DNA from: an uncultured delta proteobacterium
GTDB taxonomy: Bacteria > Desulfobacterota > Syntrophorhabdia > Syntrophorhabdales > WCHB1-27
Length of the DNA: 64,000 nucleotides
Assembly: GCA_963717985.1 (NCBI GenBank)
Contig: CAVQYC010000001.1
Location: forward strand, 456,712-520,711
Direction of reading: 5' to 3'
The translations under genes and the position numbers were made by a program. This document shows, one piece after another, positions 1-9,907 of the stretch; the first letter of the stretch is position 1; each line of letters begins with the position of its first letter. Below the pieces are notes generated by a model that had not been told where the DNA came from, searched no databases, and saw nothing but the letters and a program-made list of their open reading frames with translations.

Positions 1-1292
1 GCCACTTGCGGGATGTGCTGAACGAGCTGCGAGCCGCCATAAAGGCGGGTAAGACACACGACGTAGTGCCGGTCCAAGCTCTCATCGAGGAGACGAAAAG
101 GCGGACTGAACAATCCCTGCGGCCTGCCTTAAAGAAGGTCATCAACGGTACGGGCGTTATCATCCACACAAACCTCGGCAGATCGCCCCTGGCACATTCC
201 GCCATCGAACGGCTCCTTGCCATTGCTTCCGGCTATTCGAACCTTGAATACGGTCTTGCCGAAGGCAAGAGAGGCGACCGCCACGAGCATTGTCTTGCTC
301 TCTTAAAGAGACTGACAGGCTCTGAAGCGGCCCTCGTAGTCAACAACAATGCCGCCGCGGTGCTTCTTTGCCTCAACACCCTCGCCGAGGGCAGGGAAGT
401 CATCATCAGCCGGGGGGAGCTGATAGAGGTAGGCGGCTCTTTCCGCATCCCCGAGATCATGGCGAAGAGCGGAGCTGCTTTGCGGGAAGTGGGCACGACC
501 AACAGGACATTCAAAGAAGACTACGAGAGGGGCGTCAACGAGAGGACAGCCCTCATCATGAAGGCCCATACGAGCAACTACAGGATCAGGGGATTTGTGC
601 ATGAGGCCACGAGCGCTGAGCTTGCGGCTATTGCGGCCGGCCACCACATCCCTTTCTACTTTGATACGGGGAGCGGTCTTTTGTCCGACCTTGGCAGTGA
701 CGCCAATTTTGAAGAGCCAACGGTTGCGGTGGAAGCAGGCATTTGCGACGTCATCTCGTTCAGCGGGGACAAGCTTCTCGGAGGTCCCCAGGCCGGCATT
801 ATTCTCGGCAGGGCATGGCTCATCGATGCCATGAAGAAGAACCCTCTGACGAGGGCCCTCAGGCCTGACAAGTTTACCCTCTCGGCGCTCGAGGCTACCC
901 TCCTGCTTTACCTCGACAAGGAGAAGGCGCGACGGGAAATCCCTGTTCTCCGCATGCTCCATCAGGACCCGCGAGTGGTAAGGACGAGGGCCGGCCACGT
1001 TGCCCGTATGGTGCGAAAAGGCGCGCCCCTTATCACCGTCGAGGTGGTGAGGTTATATGCGGAGGTGGGTGGAGGGAGCCTCCCGGACATCTCCATACCC
1101 TCCTACGGCCTTTCGCTGCAGCCGTCGGCTATCTCCGTGGAGACGCTTGAACAGCGGATGAGGGGCCTCGATACCCCTGTTATCGGAAGAATAGAGAAAG
1201 GCCGTTTTCTCATCGATATGCGGACCGTGCAACAAGAGGATGAACATTACCTGGCCTTCGCCATACAGACAGCCCTCAGGGATGGACGATAA
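1..1292 (+). CDS. selA: L-seryl-tRNA(Sec) selenium transferase (5' end truncated by window)
   Basis: NGTGVIIHTNLGRSP, VVNNNAAAV, SRGELIEVGGSFRIP and PLP-lysine motif FSGDKLLGGPQAG; frame open to window edge. Confidence 0.96.
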   Translation, partial: HLRDVLNELRAAIKAGKTHDVVPVQALIEETKRRTEQSLRPALKKVINGTGVIIHTNLGRSPLAHSAIERLLAIASGYSNLEYGLAEGKRGDRHEHCLALLKRLTGSEAALVVNNNAAAVLLCLNTLAEGREVIISRGELIEVGGSFRIPEIMAKSGAALREVGTTNRTFKEDYERGVNERTALIMKAHTSNYRIRGFVHEATSAELAAIAAGHHIPFYFDTGSGLLSDLGSDANFEEPTVAVEAGICDVISFSGDKLLGGPQAGIILGRAWLIDAMKKNPLTRALRPDKFTLSALEATLLLYLDKEKARREIPVLRMLHQDPRVVRTRAGHVARMVRKGAPLITVEVVRLYAEVGGGSLPDISIPSYGLSLQPSAISVETLEQRMRGLDTPVIGRIEKGRFLIDMRTVQQEDEHYLAFAIQTALRDGR

Positions 1293-2178
1293 GTTCCGCC
1301 TCCGCGCCGACATTGACAACGTGAGAATTGACGTATATCTCTCTGAAAAACTGTCTTTGCCGAGGTCACAGGTCAAGCGGTTGATCGATGAGGGCCATAT
1401 CCGCGTGGAGGAAAGGGTGCCGAAATCCTCCTTCAAAGTGCGAAAAGACATCGAGATTGAGGGCGAGGTCCCCAAGGAAGAGCCGACCTCGCTTAAGCCT
1501 GAGAATATCCCGATCAGGGTCCTGTATGAGGACAATTTTCTGCTCGTGATCGACAAGCCGAAGGACATGGTGGTCCACCCTTCGGCCGGTCATCGCAGAG
1601 GCACGCTTGTCAACGCCGTCTTGAGTCACTTGAGGGAAGTGAGCAGCGCCGACGAAAGACCGGGTATCGTGCATAGATTGGACAAGGGAACGACAGGGGT
1701 CATCATTGTCGCAAAGGACCGGAAGACCCAGGAGGCGCTCTCCCGTCAATTTCATGAGCGGAGCGTGGAAAAAGTCTACCGGGCGGTCGTTGAAGGGGTC
1801 GTGCGGAACGACGAGGGTGTTGTGGAGGGCCTGATCGGCAGACATCCGAAAGACAGAAAACGGATGGACCTGGTGGAATCAGGCGGGAGATACTCATTCT
1901 CCCGATTCAAGGTGCTTCAGCGCATGCGCGGGTTCACGTATGTCGAGGTCTATCCTAAGACGGGCAGGACCCACCAGATACGTGTGCACATGAGCCATGC
2001 CGGCCATCCGATAGTGGGCGACGAACTTTACGGAAAGCGGACAAGGACGCTCGCGGACAGACCTCTCCTTCACGCGTATCGGATCGTCTTCGATCACCCC
2101 GCGACAGGGATCAGGCTGCGCGTGGAAGCGGCTGTGGCTGCCGATATGGAGACATTTGTGAGGGAGCATGCCCTTTGA
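1282..2178 (+). CDS. rluD: RluA/RluD-family pseudouridine synthase with N-terminal S4 domain
   Basis: RPGIVHRLDKGTTG catalytic Asp motif, KTGRTHQIRVHM, GDELYG; ATG at 1282 overlaps selA end. Confidence 0.92.
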   Translation: MDDKFRLRADIDNVRIDVYLSEKLSLPRSQVKRLIDEGHIRVEERVPKSSFKVRKDIEIEGEVPKEEPTSLKPENIPIRVLYEDNFLLVIDKPKDMVVHPSAGHRRGTLVNAVLSHLREVSSADERPGIVHRLDKGTTGVIIVAKDRKTQEALSRQFHERSVEKVYRAVVEGVVRNDEGVVEGLIGRHPKDRKRMDLVESGGRYSFSRFKVLQRMRGFTYVEVYPKTGRTHQIRVHMSHAGHPIVGDELYGKRTRTLADRPLLHAYRIVFDHPATGIRLRVEAAVAADMETFVREHAL

Positions 2179-2899
2179 GCTGAGAATGATAGGCGCCCCC
2201 GACTGCGGGGCAGGCGCCTGGTCTTACTGCCACGTTCCGGGACTCGAAAACGCGGGTATTGTTCACGGGTTCATGACGCGTACGTCGGACGCAATTCTGA
2301 GAGACGCCGGCCTGAGAACGGCTTTTATGGCGGCCTTTTCCGCGAAAGACATGATTATCCTCGACCAGGAGCACGGTGATGCCGTGCACGTAATCGCCGC
2401 GGGTGAGCGCCCTCGGGCAGGCGATGGCCTGGTCCTGCTCGAACCGGGTGTGATAGGGGTGATCAAAACCGCCGACTGTCTGCCTGTCATCCTCTTCGCA
2501 CCCGACTACCCTGTCTGTGCCATCGTACATGCAGGCTGGCGGGGGACGGCGCTTCTGATCACCGGGAAGGCCGTGGCTGCTATGGTTGACCTGGGCGTTC
2601 CGGCGGCCTCAATAAGGGCGCTCATCGGACCCGGCATCGGCCCGTGCTGCTATAACGTGGGAGAAGACGTGGTCACTGCTTTCAAGGCCGCGGGAATCAG
2701 CGACGAGGTGTTCGCAAGAAGGGGCCGCCTCACATTTCTCGATCTGAAGAAAGCGAACCGCCAGATCCTCATGGCTGAGGGGGTCCATGACATTGATGAC
2801 GCGAACCTCTGCACCTCATGCAGGGAGGCACTTTTTTTCTCGGCGAGGCGGGACGGGCAGCGAGGCAGGCAGATGAATTTCGTGCTGATAAAGGGATAG
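2168..2899 (+). CDS. pgeF: PgeF/YfiH (DUF152) peptidoglycan-editing factor / purine nucleoside phosphorylase family
   Basis: Motifs HGFMTR, DQEHG, TADCLPV, HAGWRG, GPGIGPCCY, FFSARR. Confidence 0.9.
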   Translation: MPFELRMIGAPDCGAGAWSYCHVPGLENAGIVHGFMTRTSDAILRDAGLRTAFMAAFSAKDMIILDQEHGDAVHVIAAGERPRAGDGLVLLEPGVIGVIKTADCLPVILFAPDYPVCAIVHAGWRGTALLITGKAVAAMVDLGVPAASIRALIGPGIGPCCYNVGEDVVTAFKAAGISDEVFARRGRLTFLDLKKANRQILMAEGVHDIDDANLCTSCREALFFSARRDGQRGRQMNFVLIKG

Positions 2900-2935
2900 G
2901 CGATGGCGCGTCGCTAAAAACAGGGGGATCGCATA

Positions 2936-5137
2936 ATGGCACAGGCTTCAGGATCCGAAAGGCAGGCGAAAGAGAGCGCGTCAGCCATCGACGATGCCGG
3001 TTTCATGAAGAAACATCGCATCAATCTTTTCTACGTCTTGTCGATCCTGGCGGTCTGCGCCTTCCTCGTCTATCTGGAGACCAACCTCCCTTTCTTCCAG
3101 AAATTCATGCCGGTTCTCGACAATAAGCTCCTTATCGCCATACTCAACCTCAACTTCCTCCTGATCATGCTCCTCATTTTCACCGCAAGCCGTATTCTCC
3201 TGAAGACGTATGTCGAAAGAAAGAGAGGGATTTGGGGCTCCGGGCTCAAGACGAGGCTTACCGTGACCGTCTTCTCCGTCTCCATCATCTCCTCTTTCAT
3301 GCTCTTTTTCCTGACCACATGGTTCTTCTACGCGAGCATGGACAAATGGTTCAGCCAGAAGGTGGAAAATACGGTTGAGAATGCCCGCGACCTCTCGGAG
3401 TTTTACTACGAAGACCTGTTCGGCCGCTATGAGAAGATGGGGAAGATGCTCGCCGAGAGGATCAGGGAGAATGCGATCCTGGACAACGATAAGGCGCTGT
3501 CGGCATTCATAAGGAAAGAGGGGAAATCGAATTTTCTCGGCTACCTCGCGCTCCTCGACCTCACCGGCCAGCCGATCAAGAGCTATAATGCCCTGGACGA
3601 GCAGATGACGCGCATCCTCGTCGAGCGATCGAAGACGTTCAGAAAACATCGGGATGCGAGGCAGATCGTCCCGCTCAAAGACGGAGAGCTGCTCCTCTTT
3701 CTCACCACGGTAACCGATGATTCGGGCCAACCGAGGGCCCTGCTCTTCCTCGGTGAAAAGATCAGGGTCCACGGCGCGCAGAGCATGAAGCAGATATCGT
3801 CTACGTATCGGGAATTCAGGGAAGCCAGGCCGTTCAAGAAGATAGTGAAATACAGCTTTGTGATCCCCCTCTTTCTCATCACGATCCTCAGCATCTTCGT
3901 GGCTATCTGGATAGGGGTCAAGATGGCGGCGTCGATTACCGTGCCTCTCGAAAGGGTGAAAGAGGGTGCGGCAATCATCGCGCAGGGCAGGTTCGATATC
4001 AACCTCGAGGAGAGGGGCAAAGACGAGATCGGGACGCTCGTGAGCGCGTTCAACAGGATGGCAAGGGAGCTGAAGATCGCGAAGGACGAGATCGAAGAGA
4101 AAAGAAAATATATGGAGGTCATCCTCGACAATGTGGCGACCGGTATCATCAGCACCGACGTGAAAGGGCGAATGCTCCTCGTGAACCGGGCGGCAAAGGA
4201 CATCCTGAAGGCGAAGACCGGCGACTGGACGGGCATCCCTTTGTGGCGTTTCGCGGGGGGAGATTTCAGGGCAATCATCAGGCCCTTCCTCAAGGGTATG
4301 CGGGAGGGACCCGAGGGCCCTGCGAAAGAAACGACTTTGTCCCTGCATAATGACACGTTATTCCTGCGCGTCTCCCTCACCACACTGCGCGATGATGCAG
4401 GCAAGCCCGAGGGGTATATCGTGACCTTCGATGATATCACCCATATAGTGAGGGTCGAAAAGCTCGCCACCTGGCGCGAGATCGCCAAAAGACTCACCCA
4501 CGAGATAAAGAACCCGCTTACGCCCATAAAGCTATCGGCGGAAAGGCTTCGGAGGCGCCTGCTGCCGAAGGTCGAGGGGAGGGAGAAAGAGGTGCTTGAC
4601 GAAACAACGTCAGTCATATTGAGCTCCTCCAACGATATTACCGCCATGGTAAACGAGCTGACAAAATTTACCAATACGTCGTCGTCTCCGCGGACGCACG
4701 AGGATGTGAACGCCATCATCGAGGAGACGGTCGCTATTTACAGAAACCTTTACCCGGCCATCTCCTTTCAGTTTCACGGGGACAAGGTGCCCCCATTCAG
4801 GACGGACAGAGACAAGATGAAGAGGGCATTGATCAATCTGATCACGAACTCCATCAATGCCATAGATTCCGAGCCGGGGACGATCAGCGTTGAGACGCGG
4901 TACGATAAAGGCAGGGGCACCGTGCGGATTGAGCTGGCGGATACGGGCTGCGGCATAAGGGATGAGGATAAGTCCCGGGTATTCGACCCGTATTTCACGA
5001 AGAACCGGGACGGCATGGGCCTCGGTCTCGCCATTGTCAATTCGATCATTCTAGAGCTTGGGGGCCGGATCAATGCGGAAGATAATGTGCCGAGGGGGAC
5101 GCGGATGGTCATGGAGATCCCCGTCTTCGAAGCGTAG
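2936..5137 (+). CDS. NtrY-like membrane sensor histidine kinase (TM-HAMP-PAS-HisKA-HATPase); start may be 3005
   Basis: Several TM segments, HAMP (KDEIGTLVSAFNRM), H-box WREIAKRLTHEIKNPLTPIKLSAERL, N/G boxes NLITNS, DTGCG, GMGLGL. Confidence 0.88.
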   Translation: MAQASGSERQAKESASAIDDAGFMKKHRINLFYVLSILAVCAFLVYLETNLPFFQKFMPVLDNKLLIAILNLNFLLIMLLIFTASRILLKTYVERKRGIWGSGLKTRLTVTVFSVSIISSFMLFFLTTWFFYASMDKWFSQKVENTVENARDLSEFYYEDLFGRYEKMGKMLAERIRENAILDNDKALSAFIRKEGKSNFLGYLALLDLTGQPIKSYNALDEQMTRILVERSKTFRKHRDARQIVPLKDGELLLFLTTVTDDSGQPRALLFLGEKIRVHGAQSMKQISSTYREFREARPFKKIVKYSFVIPLFLITILSIFVAIWIGVKMAASITVPLERVKEGAAIIAQGRFDINLEERGKDEIGTLVSAFNRMARELKIAKDEIEEKRKYMEVILDNVATGIISTDVKGRMLLVNRAAKDILKAKTGDWTGIPLWRFAGGDFRAIIRPFLKGMREGPEGPAKETTLSLHNDTLFLRVSLTTLRDDAGKPEGYIVTFDDITHIVRVEKLATWREIAKRLTHEIKNPLTPIKLSAERLRRRLLPKVEGREKEVLDETTSVILSSSNDITAMVNELTKFTNTSSSPRTHEDVNAIIEETVAIYRNLYPAISFQFHGDKVPPFRTDRDKMKRALINLITNSINAIDSEPGTISVETRYDKGRGTVRIELADTGCGIRDEDKSRVFDPYFTKNRDGMGLGLAIVNSIILELGGRINAEDNVPRGTRMVMEIPVFEA

Positions 5138-5220
5138 GGCACCCCGAAGACGGTCATCGACGTTGCGCCTGAAGCCGCGCGTCTCCCCACCCGACCGCGA
5201 AATATGCTATAATAATAAGC

Positions 5221-5667
5221 GTGAAGATAGTGAGTACCAACAGGAAAGCCTATCACAACTTCTCGATAGAAGAGAAGTACGAGGTGGGCGTCGCTCTTTT
5301 GGGGACCGAGGTGAAGGCGCTCAGGGAGGGGAAGGCGAACCTTAACGACAGCTTCGCCAAAGTGAAAAATGATGAGCTTTTCCTGGTGAATGCGCACATA
5401 AGTCCATATTCATGCGGGAATATTTGTAACCATGAGCCGAAGCGTGACAGAAAGCTCCTTATGCACCGCTTCGAGCTGAAACGGCTCTACGGGAAGGTGA
5501 AGGAACGGGGTTACACGCTCATTCCGCTTAGCATGTACTTTAATGACAGGAACAAAGTAAAGCTGGAAATAGGCCTGGCAAAAGGAAAGACTTCCGTTGA
5601 TAAACGTCATGACATCAAGGCCAAGGACGAGAAGCGAATCAATGAGCGCGAAGGACGGTTAAGATAG
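5221..5667 (+). CDS. smpB: SsrA-binding protein
   Basis: NRKAYHNF, LLGTEVKALR, RKLLMHR, GYTLIPL, GLAKGK; directly upstream of tmRNA. Confidence 0.98.
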   Translation: MKIVSTNRKAYHNFSIEEKYEVGVALLGTEVKALREGKANLNDSFAKVKNDELFLVNAHISPYSCGNICNHEPKRDRKLLMHRFELKRLYGKVKERGYTLIPLSMYFNDRNKVKLEIGLAKGKTSVDKRHDIKAKDEKRINEREGRLR

Positions 5668-5672
5668 ATAAT

Positions 5673-6022
5673 GGGGGCGAATGGTCTCGACAGGGAAAGA
5701 AGGGTCAAGGAGGCGTGCCGGGGTTCTATCTGCCCGCAATCAGGTAGAAACTAAACACAAACGCAGAAACAGACTACGCACTGGCCGCGTAAGGCGGCCA
5801 CATCCGCTGGACTTTCCTCCCGCTTCAAGTTCAAACGGGTGTAATGCAAGTGGGATAGCCTCATCCGATACCTGTGGGGAAAGGCGAAGCTTAACAGGTT
5901 GGGATGAAAGGAAACCGGTCAGTGGGTGTCCTCGATTCCGAGACTTAATACACTGACTACGCATGTAGGCTCCTTAGGTTCTTGTTCTCTGGACGCGGGT
6001 TCGATTCCCGCCGCCTCCACCA
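5673..6022 (+). ncRNA. ssrA: tmRNA; predicted tag (A)AETDYALAA at 5763-5792
   Basis: 5' GGGGGCGAATGGTCTCGAC, 3' GGACGCGGGTTCGATTCCCGCCGCCTCCACCA; internal frame gca gaa aca gac tac gca ctg gcc gcg taa; follows smpB. Confidence 0.96.
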
Positions 6023-6054
6023 TTTGATAATCCGATACAATCCAACGAAGCACG

Positions 6055-6081
6055 AAACCCGTTAGAAATAGCGGGTTTTTT
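6055..6081 (+). terminator. Intrinsic terminator downstream of ssrA
   Basis: AAACCCGTTA-GAAA-TAGCGGGTTT stem followed by T run. Confidence 0.7.
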
Positions 6082-6130
6082 GTTGTTGACAGTCCAAAGA
6101 AGTGTTATACTGTCTATTGAAATCCGGCAG

Positions 6131-6187
6131 TTTTTGAGTCATATTTGGGGTGCATATGCCTCAAAAATAAATCATATGCCTCAAAAA
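6131..6187. repeat. Putative integrase arm-type binding sites
   Basis: CATATGCCTCAAAAA at 6153-6167 and 6173-6187 plus an inverted near-copy TTTTTGAGTCATAT at 6131-6144. Confidence 0.6.
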
Positions 6188-6200
6188 AGGAGAAAAGCCA

Positions 6201-7430
6201 ATGCCTAAGCGGGTTATCCAGCTATCCGATGTTCAGGTAAGGAATGCCAAGCCCCGGAAGAAAGACTACAAGCTATCCGACGGGCGCGGTCTCTACCTTC
6301 TCGTATCAGTGAAGGGCGGCAAATACTGGCATTTCCAATACCTGATTCACGAGAAGCGCAAGAGAATCAGCTTCGGCCCCTACCCTGAGATATCCCTTGC
6401 CGAAGCGCGAGAGAAGCGTGAGGAAGCCCGAAAGCAGATTTTGCACGGGATAGACCCGGCAGGCGTCCGCAAGGCTATGAAGCAGGCGGAGACTGTAGAG
6501 CCTGAGACATTCGAGGTGATAGCCCGTGAATGGCACGCGAAATTCACCCCTACGTGGTCGGCGACCCATGCGACAACCATGATAGCCCGGATGGAACGTG
6601 ATCTCTTCCCGTGGATAGGAGCACGCCCTATCAACGAGGTCAAGGCCCCTGAGCTTTTAACGGTCCTTCGCCGGGTGGAGAGCCGGGGCGCCCTGGAAAC
6701 CGCACACCGGATCAGAACCATTGCAGGGCAGGTGCTCCGGTACGCCGTCGCTACAGGCCGATGTGAACGTGATTGCTCCGGCGACCTGAGAGGGGCATTG
6801 CCTCAACCGGGAGAGCATCACCATGCCGCTATCACGGACCCGAAAGAGGTTGCACCCCTTCTGAGGGCGATAGACGGCTACCAGGGCGGGTTTGTGGTCA
6901 AATGCGCCTTACGCCTTGCCCCCATGTTCTTCGTGCGCCCTGGAGAGCTACGACAGGCGGAATGGGAGGAGATCGATCTCGATGAGCGAGTCTGGAACAT
7001 ACCGGCGCACAAGATGAAAATGAAGCAGCCCCATATCGTGCCTCTGTGCGCTCAGGCCGTGACGATACTGACGGAACTGAAACAGCTTACCGGCGCGAGC
7101 AGGTACGTCTTCCCTTCAGGGCGGTCCTTCGCACGGCCGATGAGCAACAATACCGTGAATGCGGCACTACGGCGCATGGGCTATGACAAGGAGACCATGA
7201 CCGGCCACGGCTTCAGAGCGATGGCAAGGACCATCCTTGACGAGGTCTTGCAGGTGAGGCCGGACTACATAGAGCATCAGCTTGCCCATGCCGTGAGAGA
7301 CCCGAACGGCAGAGCCTACAATCGGACGGCACATCTTGAAGGACGCCGCGAAATGATGCAGACCTGGGCGGACTACCTGGACGGGCTGAAAAAAGGCGCA
7401 CAGGTATTGCCATTGCACAGGAAGGGTTAA
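6201..7430 (+). CDS. P4-type tyrosine integrase, apparently intact
   Basis: Arm-binding N-terminus YKLSDGRGLYLLV..GGKYW; catalytic residues RPGE, KMK, HGFR, LAH, AYNR. Confidence 0.95.
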   Translation: MPKRVIQLSDVQVRNAKPRKKDYKLSDGRGLYLLVSVKGGKYWHFQYLIHEKRKRISFGPYPEISLAEAREKREEARKQILHGIDPAGVRKAMKQAETVEPETFEVIAREWHAKFTPTWSATHATTMIARMERDLFPWIGARPINEVKAPELLTVLRRVESRGALETAHRIRTIAGQVLRYAVATGRCERDCSGDLRGALPQPGEHHHAAITDPKEVAPLLRAIDGYQGGFVVKCALRLAPMFFVRPGELRQAEWEEIDLDERVWNIPAHKMKMKQPHIVPLCAQAVTILTELKQLTGASRYVFPSGRSFARPMSNNTVNAALRRMGYDKETMTGHGFRAMARTILDEVLQVRPDYIEHQLAHAVRDPNGRAYNRTAHLEGRREMMQTWADYLDGLKKGAQVLPLHRKG

Positions 7431-7586
7431 GGGAAAGCGAGAGGTGAAATAGCAGGGTAAACCGGACCGACGTGGTACAATGGACAAGACCGCACGAGAA
7501 TGATACCGGGGAGGGGGAGAAATCCCCTTTCCTGTTTATTGGGAAGTATTATGAACAATGAGCGACATGGCTTTACTGGTACTGGT

Positions 7587-7817
7587 CTATTTGCAGAGCT
7601 TCAGAAATTCCTCGACAGTCATGCCTGCCTTTCCGATCTGGTCCCGCAGTAAGCCTTGCTTTACGGTGTCCCCTTTGTGAAAAGGAATGGAAAGGATGTT
7701 CGGGTTGCCTTCCTTCGTGAGCTTTACGTGGCTGCCCTTCTGCCCCCTTACCTTCCATCCCGCCCGCTCGAATGCCCTTATCACCCCTTCGGGTTTCAGG
7801 TTGTGAATCCCGCTCAT
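7587..7817 (-). CDS. hicA: HicA-family mRNA interferase toxin
   Basis: 76 aa, GW..RGQKGSHVKL..IPFH..VKQGLLR; ATGA overlap with upstream antitoxin. Confidence 0.9.
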   Translation of the reverse strand: MSGIHNLKPEGVIRAFERAGWKVRGQKGSHVKLTKEGNPNILSIPFHKGDTVKQGLLRDQIGKAGMTVEEFLKLCK

Positions 7818-8455
7818 GAGGCCCGTTTGGACTTTTCGTCTTGCCGGTCTTCCTCTATAATTTCAAGGTGTCCGCTAATCGCGTCCTTCATCATACCAAG
7901 CGTTTCTTCTATCGTGTCTCCCTGAGACGCGCATCCGGGCAGATCGGGACATTCTCCCCAGTAGCCCCCGTCTTCCATATCCGCGCGTAAAATCACTCGA
8001 TACTTCTTTCCCTTGACCGTCACGGAATATTTCCTTTCCTTCTCCAGGTCAATTACTTCTCCCCGGAGCTTTTCGATCAGGTCTCCTAAAGCGATAGAGA
8101 ACACCAGTTGCCCTTGTTTCAAGGTATCCATGATCTGCTTGTCGTCCCCGGTGATGACGAATATCGTTTTGCCGTCCGTGAGAAAGCGAAGCTCCGCAAG
8201 GGGTTTCTCTACTTCCTTGATGTGTTTTTTCAGATAGGTCACGGCTTTCCTGATCTTCTGAAGGGTAAGCCCGCTGTCCAGCAAGGTTTTCGCTACCTTG
8301 ATCTGAACCAGGTCGCTGAAGGAATAGAGCCTTACCGATCCCTTCCCTGCTGCCTCGCTTATCGAGGGTTTTATGAAATTGCTCGAATCCCAGTAATCGA
8401 GCCTTCTTTGCGTCAGATCGGTGATCTTGGACACCGCTTTACTATTGAAATTCAT
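7814..8455 (-). CDS. hicB: MerR-type HTH fused to HicB antitoxin domain (213 aa)
   Basis: N-term SKAVSKITDLTQRRLDYWD..RLYSFSDL..GLTLQKIR; C-term YRVIL..EDGGYWGECPDLPGCASQGDTIEET; SD GGAGGG before ATG 8455. Confidence 0.85.
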   Translation of the reverse strand: MNFNSKAVSKITDLTQRRLDYWDSSNFIKPSISEAAGKGSVRLYSFSDLVQIKVAKTLLDSGLTLQKIRKAVTYLKKHIKEVEKPLAELRFLTDGKTIFVITGDDKQIMDTLKQGQLVFSIALGDLIEKLRGEVIDLEKERKYSVTVKGKKYRVILRADMEDGGYWGECPDLPGCASQGDTIEETLGMMKDAISGHLEIIEEDRQDEKSKRAS

Positions 8456-8488
8456 GTTCCTTCCCTCCATGAGTACATTACTGTATTT

Positions 8489-8515
8489 ATTATACATATG
8501 TTTTGCTTTTGTCAA
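8489..8515 (-). promoter_or_regulatory. Putative sigma70 promoter of the MerR-hicB/hicA operon
   Basis: Perfect TTGACA (8515-8510) and TATAAT (8494-8489) but only a 15 bp spacer. Confidence 0.5.
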
Positions 8516-8862
8516 TAGATTTCCGGTGCCTTACCGTCCCCTGCCTTGCTATTCTCCGCACCCATTCCAAACAGTTCCCTGAATAGACTATCCTGGAACC
8601 CTGCAATACTACGGTCGCGGTTCTTAATAAGCCACCTGAAACATAGGGTAATAAACTTCGATCTGGTTAGCCCGACTTCCCGCAAGATCGGTTCGACTCT
8701 TTCCCATTCCTCGTCAGTGACATATACGTTCCGTCGATAAGGATCGGTACGGCGAGGCTTTGACTTTTTAGCGTGAGAGGCCATCAGCACCCGAGGTGTG
8801 TTCTCAGCCTGACTCACAGACGCCCTCTCTTGCGCCCTTCTCAATTTTCTTTGCTTGCCCAT
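8512..8862 (-). CDS. Ribbon-helix-helix (CopG-like) DNA-binding protein
   Basis: RRNVYVTDEEWERVEPILREVGLTRSKFITL fits the RHH pattern; start uncertain. Confidence 0.55.
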   Translation of the reverse strand: MGKQRKLRRAQERASVSQAENTPRVLMASHAKKSKPRRTDPYRRNVYVTDEEWERVEPILREVGLTRSKFITLCFRWLIKNRDRSIAGFQDSLFRELFGMGAENSKAGDGKAPEIY

Positions 8863-9174
8863 ACACACCTTATACACCACTATCGTGACACAGGTCAAAG
8901 CTCTTTTTCTTCCCCCGTATATCCCCCTGTTTTTACTACGAATATTATTCTCGTGAGGTTTAAGATAAGATAGTCTTGTTGTGATATGTGTTAATTAATA
9001 AACCCAAGGGCAACCCCGCCATGCGCCCGATCTATCGGGATGGCTTTCCAATTTCCCCGCCGTGGCCGTCACGGAAATTGTACTCATCGCTGCCGCGAGA
9101 AAAGGCCCTCTTTTCCCCTTCCTTTTTGAGGGGAAAAAATCTTTAGGGAAGGACCTTCCGCCCTTCCGCGTCCA

Positions 9175-9248
9175 CCCGCCCCCGTGCTCCTTACGTCCGC
9201 GCGGGAGGCGGGAGGGACGCCGTCTCACCGATTGCGGACCTCGGACCC
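9175..9248. repeat. Conserved inter-island cis motif, copy 1
   Basis: CCCGCCCCCGTGCTCCTTACGTCCGCGCGGGAGGCGGGAG; its reverse complement matches 56160-56199 at 38/40. Confidence 0.85.
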
Positions 9249-9408
9249 CATTTTGTACCACCGCCTTCGTTTAACATTGATTTCATTTATGGACAGACCG
9301 TATTATTTTGTCCAGTGTTCCTATCTGTAGCGTTATTGGAATGCGCCTACTATATATTGATTGAATCACAATCTTGAAATATTTCGCTGAGCCTGATATG
9401 ATTGGTTC

Positions 9409-9831
9409 GTGCCGTCGCCAAAGTGGGCTACCCAACAAATTATTATGTTAATTTTCTGCATAGTCGTTGTAGGAGGTATAATTTTTTTAAAGCTTTTTGG
9501 TGACGAGTTCGGGATTCATACACAAGGTTATCCCCTTTATTACGATCTGCCCCTCGGGGAGCAAGCTGACGTTCGCTTCACCTACGAGTGTCCGACGCGA
9601 CAGGACTACGGCGAGGGGTCTCCTTCCAGATTTGGGGTCCACTCATCATATATCCCCCCCGGAATGCACGAGAGTCCCGGAGGGCTTACCGGGACCCCCA
9701 CCGAAACCGGCGAATGGTACATAAGAGTGTCAGTCACTTGTGATTATAAGTCGCTTTATGATGGCAGTTGGTGGTACAACCGGCCCCCCTACGAAACCGG
9801 AGCGAAAATACGAGTACACCTACGGCGATAA
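9409..9831 (+). CDS. Membrane-anchored protein with putative Ig (He_PIG-like) domain
   Basis: N-terminal hydrophobic anchor; IPPGM..GLTGTPTETGEWYIRVSV resembles putative Ig repeats. Confidence 0.55.
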   Translation: MPSPKWATQQIIMLIFCIVVVGGIIFLKLFGDEFGIHTQGYPLYYDLPLGEQADVRFTYECPTRQDYGEGSPSRFGVHSSYIPPGMHESPGGLTGTPTETGEWYIRVSVTCDYKSLYDGSWWYNRPPYETGAKIRVHLRR

Positions 9832-9907
9832 AAGGCTGCTGAAGCGCGTTGTTTCGAGGAGGCTGCTGGGTCTTGCACTACAACTGTAAATTTTCGATTC
9901 GTTCTCC

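Noticed and set aside
5681-5964. ORFs at 5681-5956 and 5740-5964
   Set aside because: They lie within the tmRNA gene; only the tag frame is meaningful
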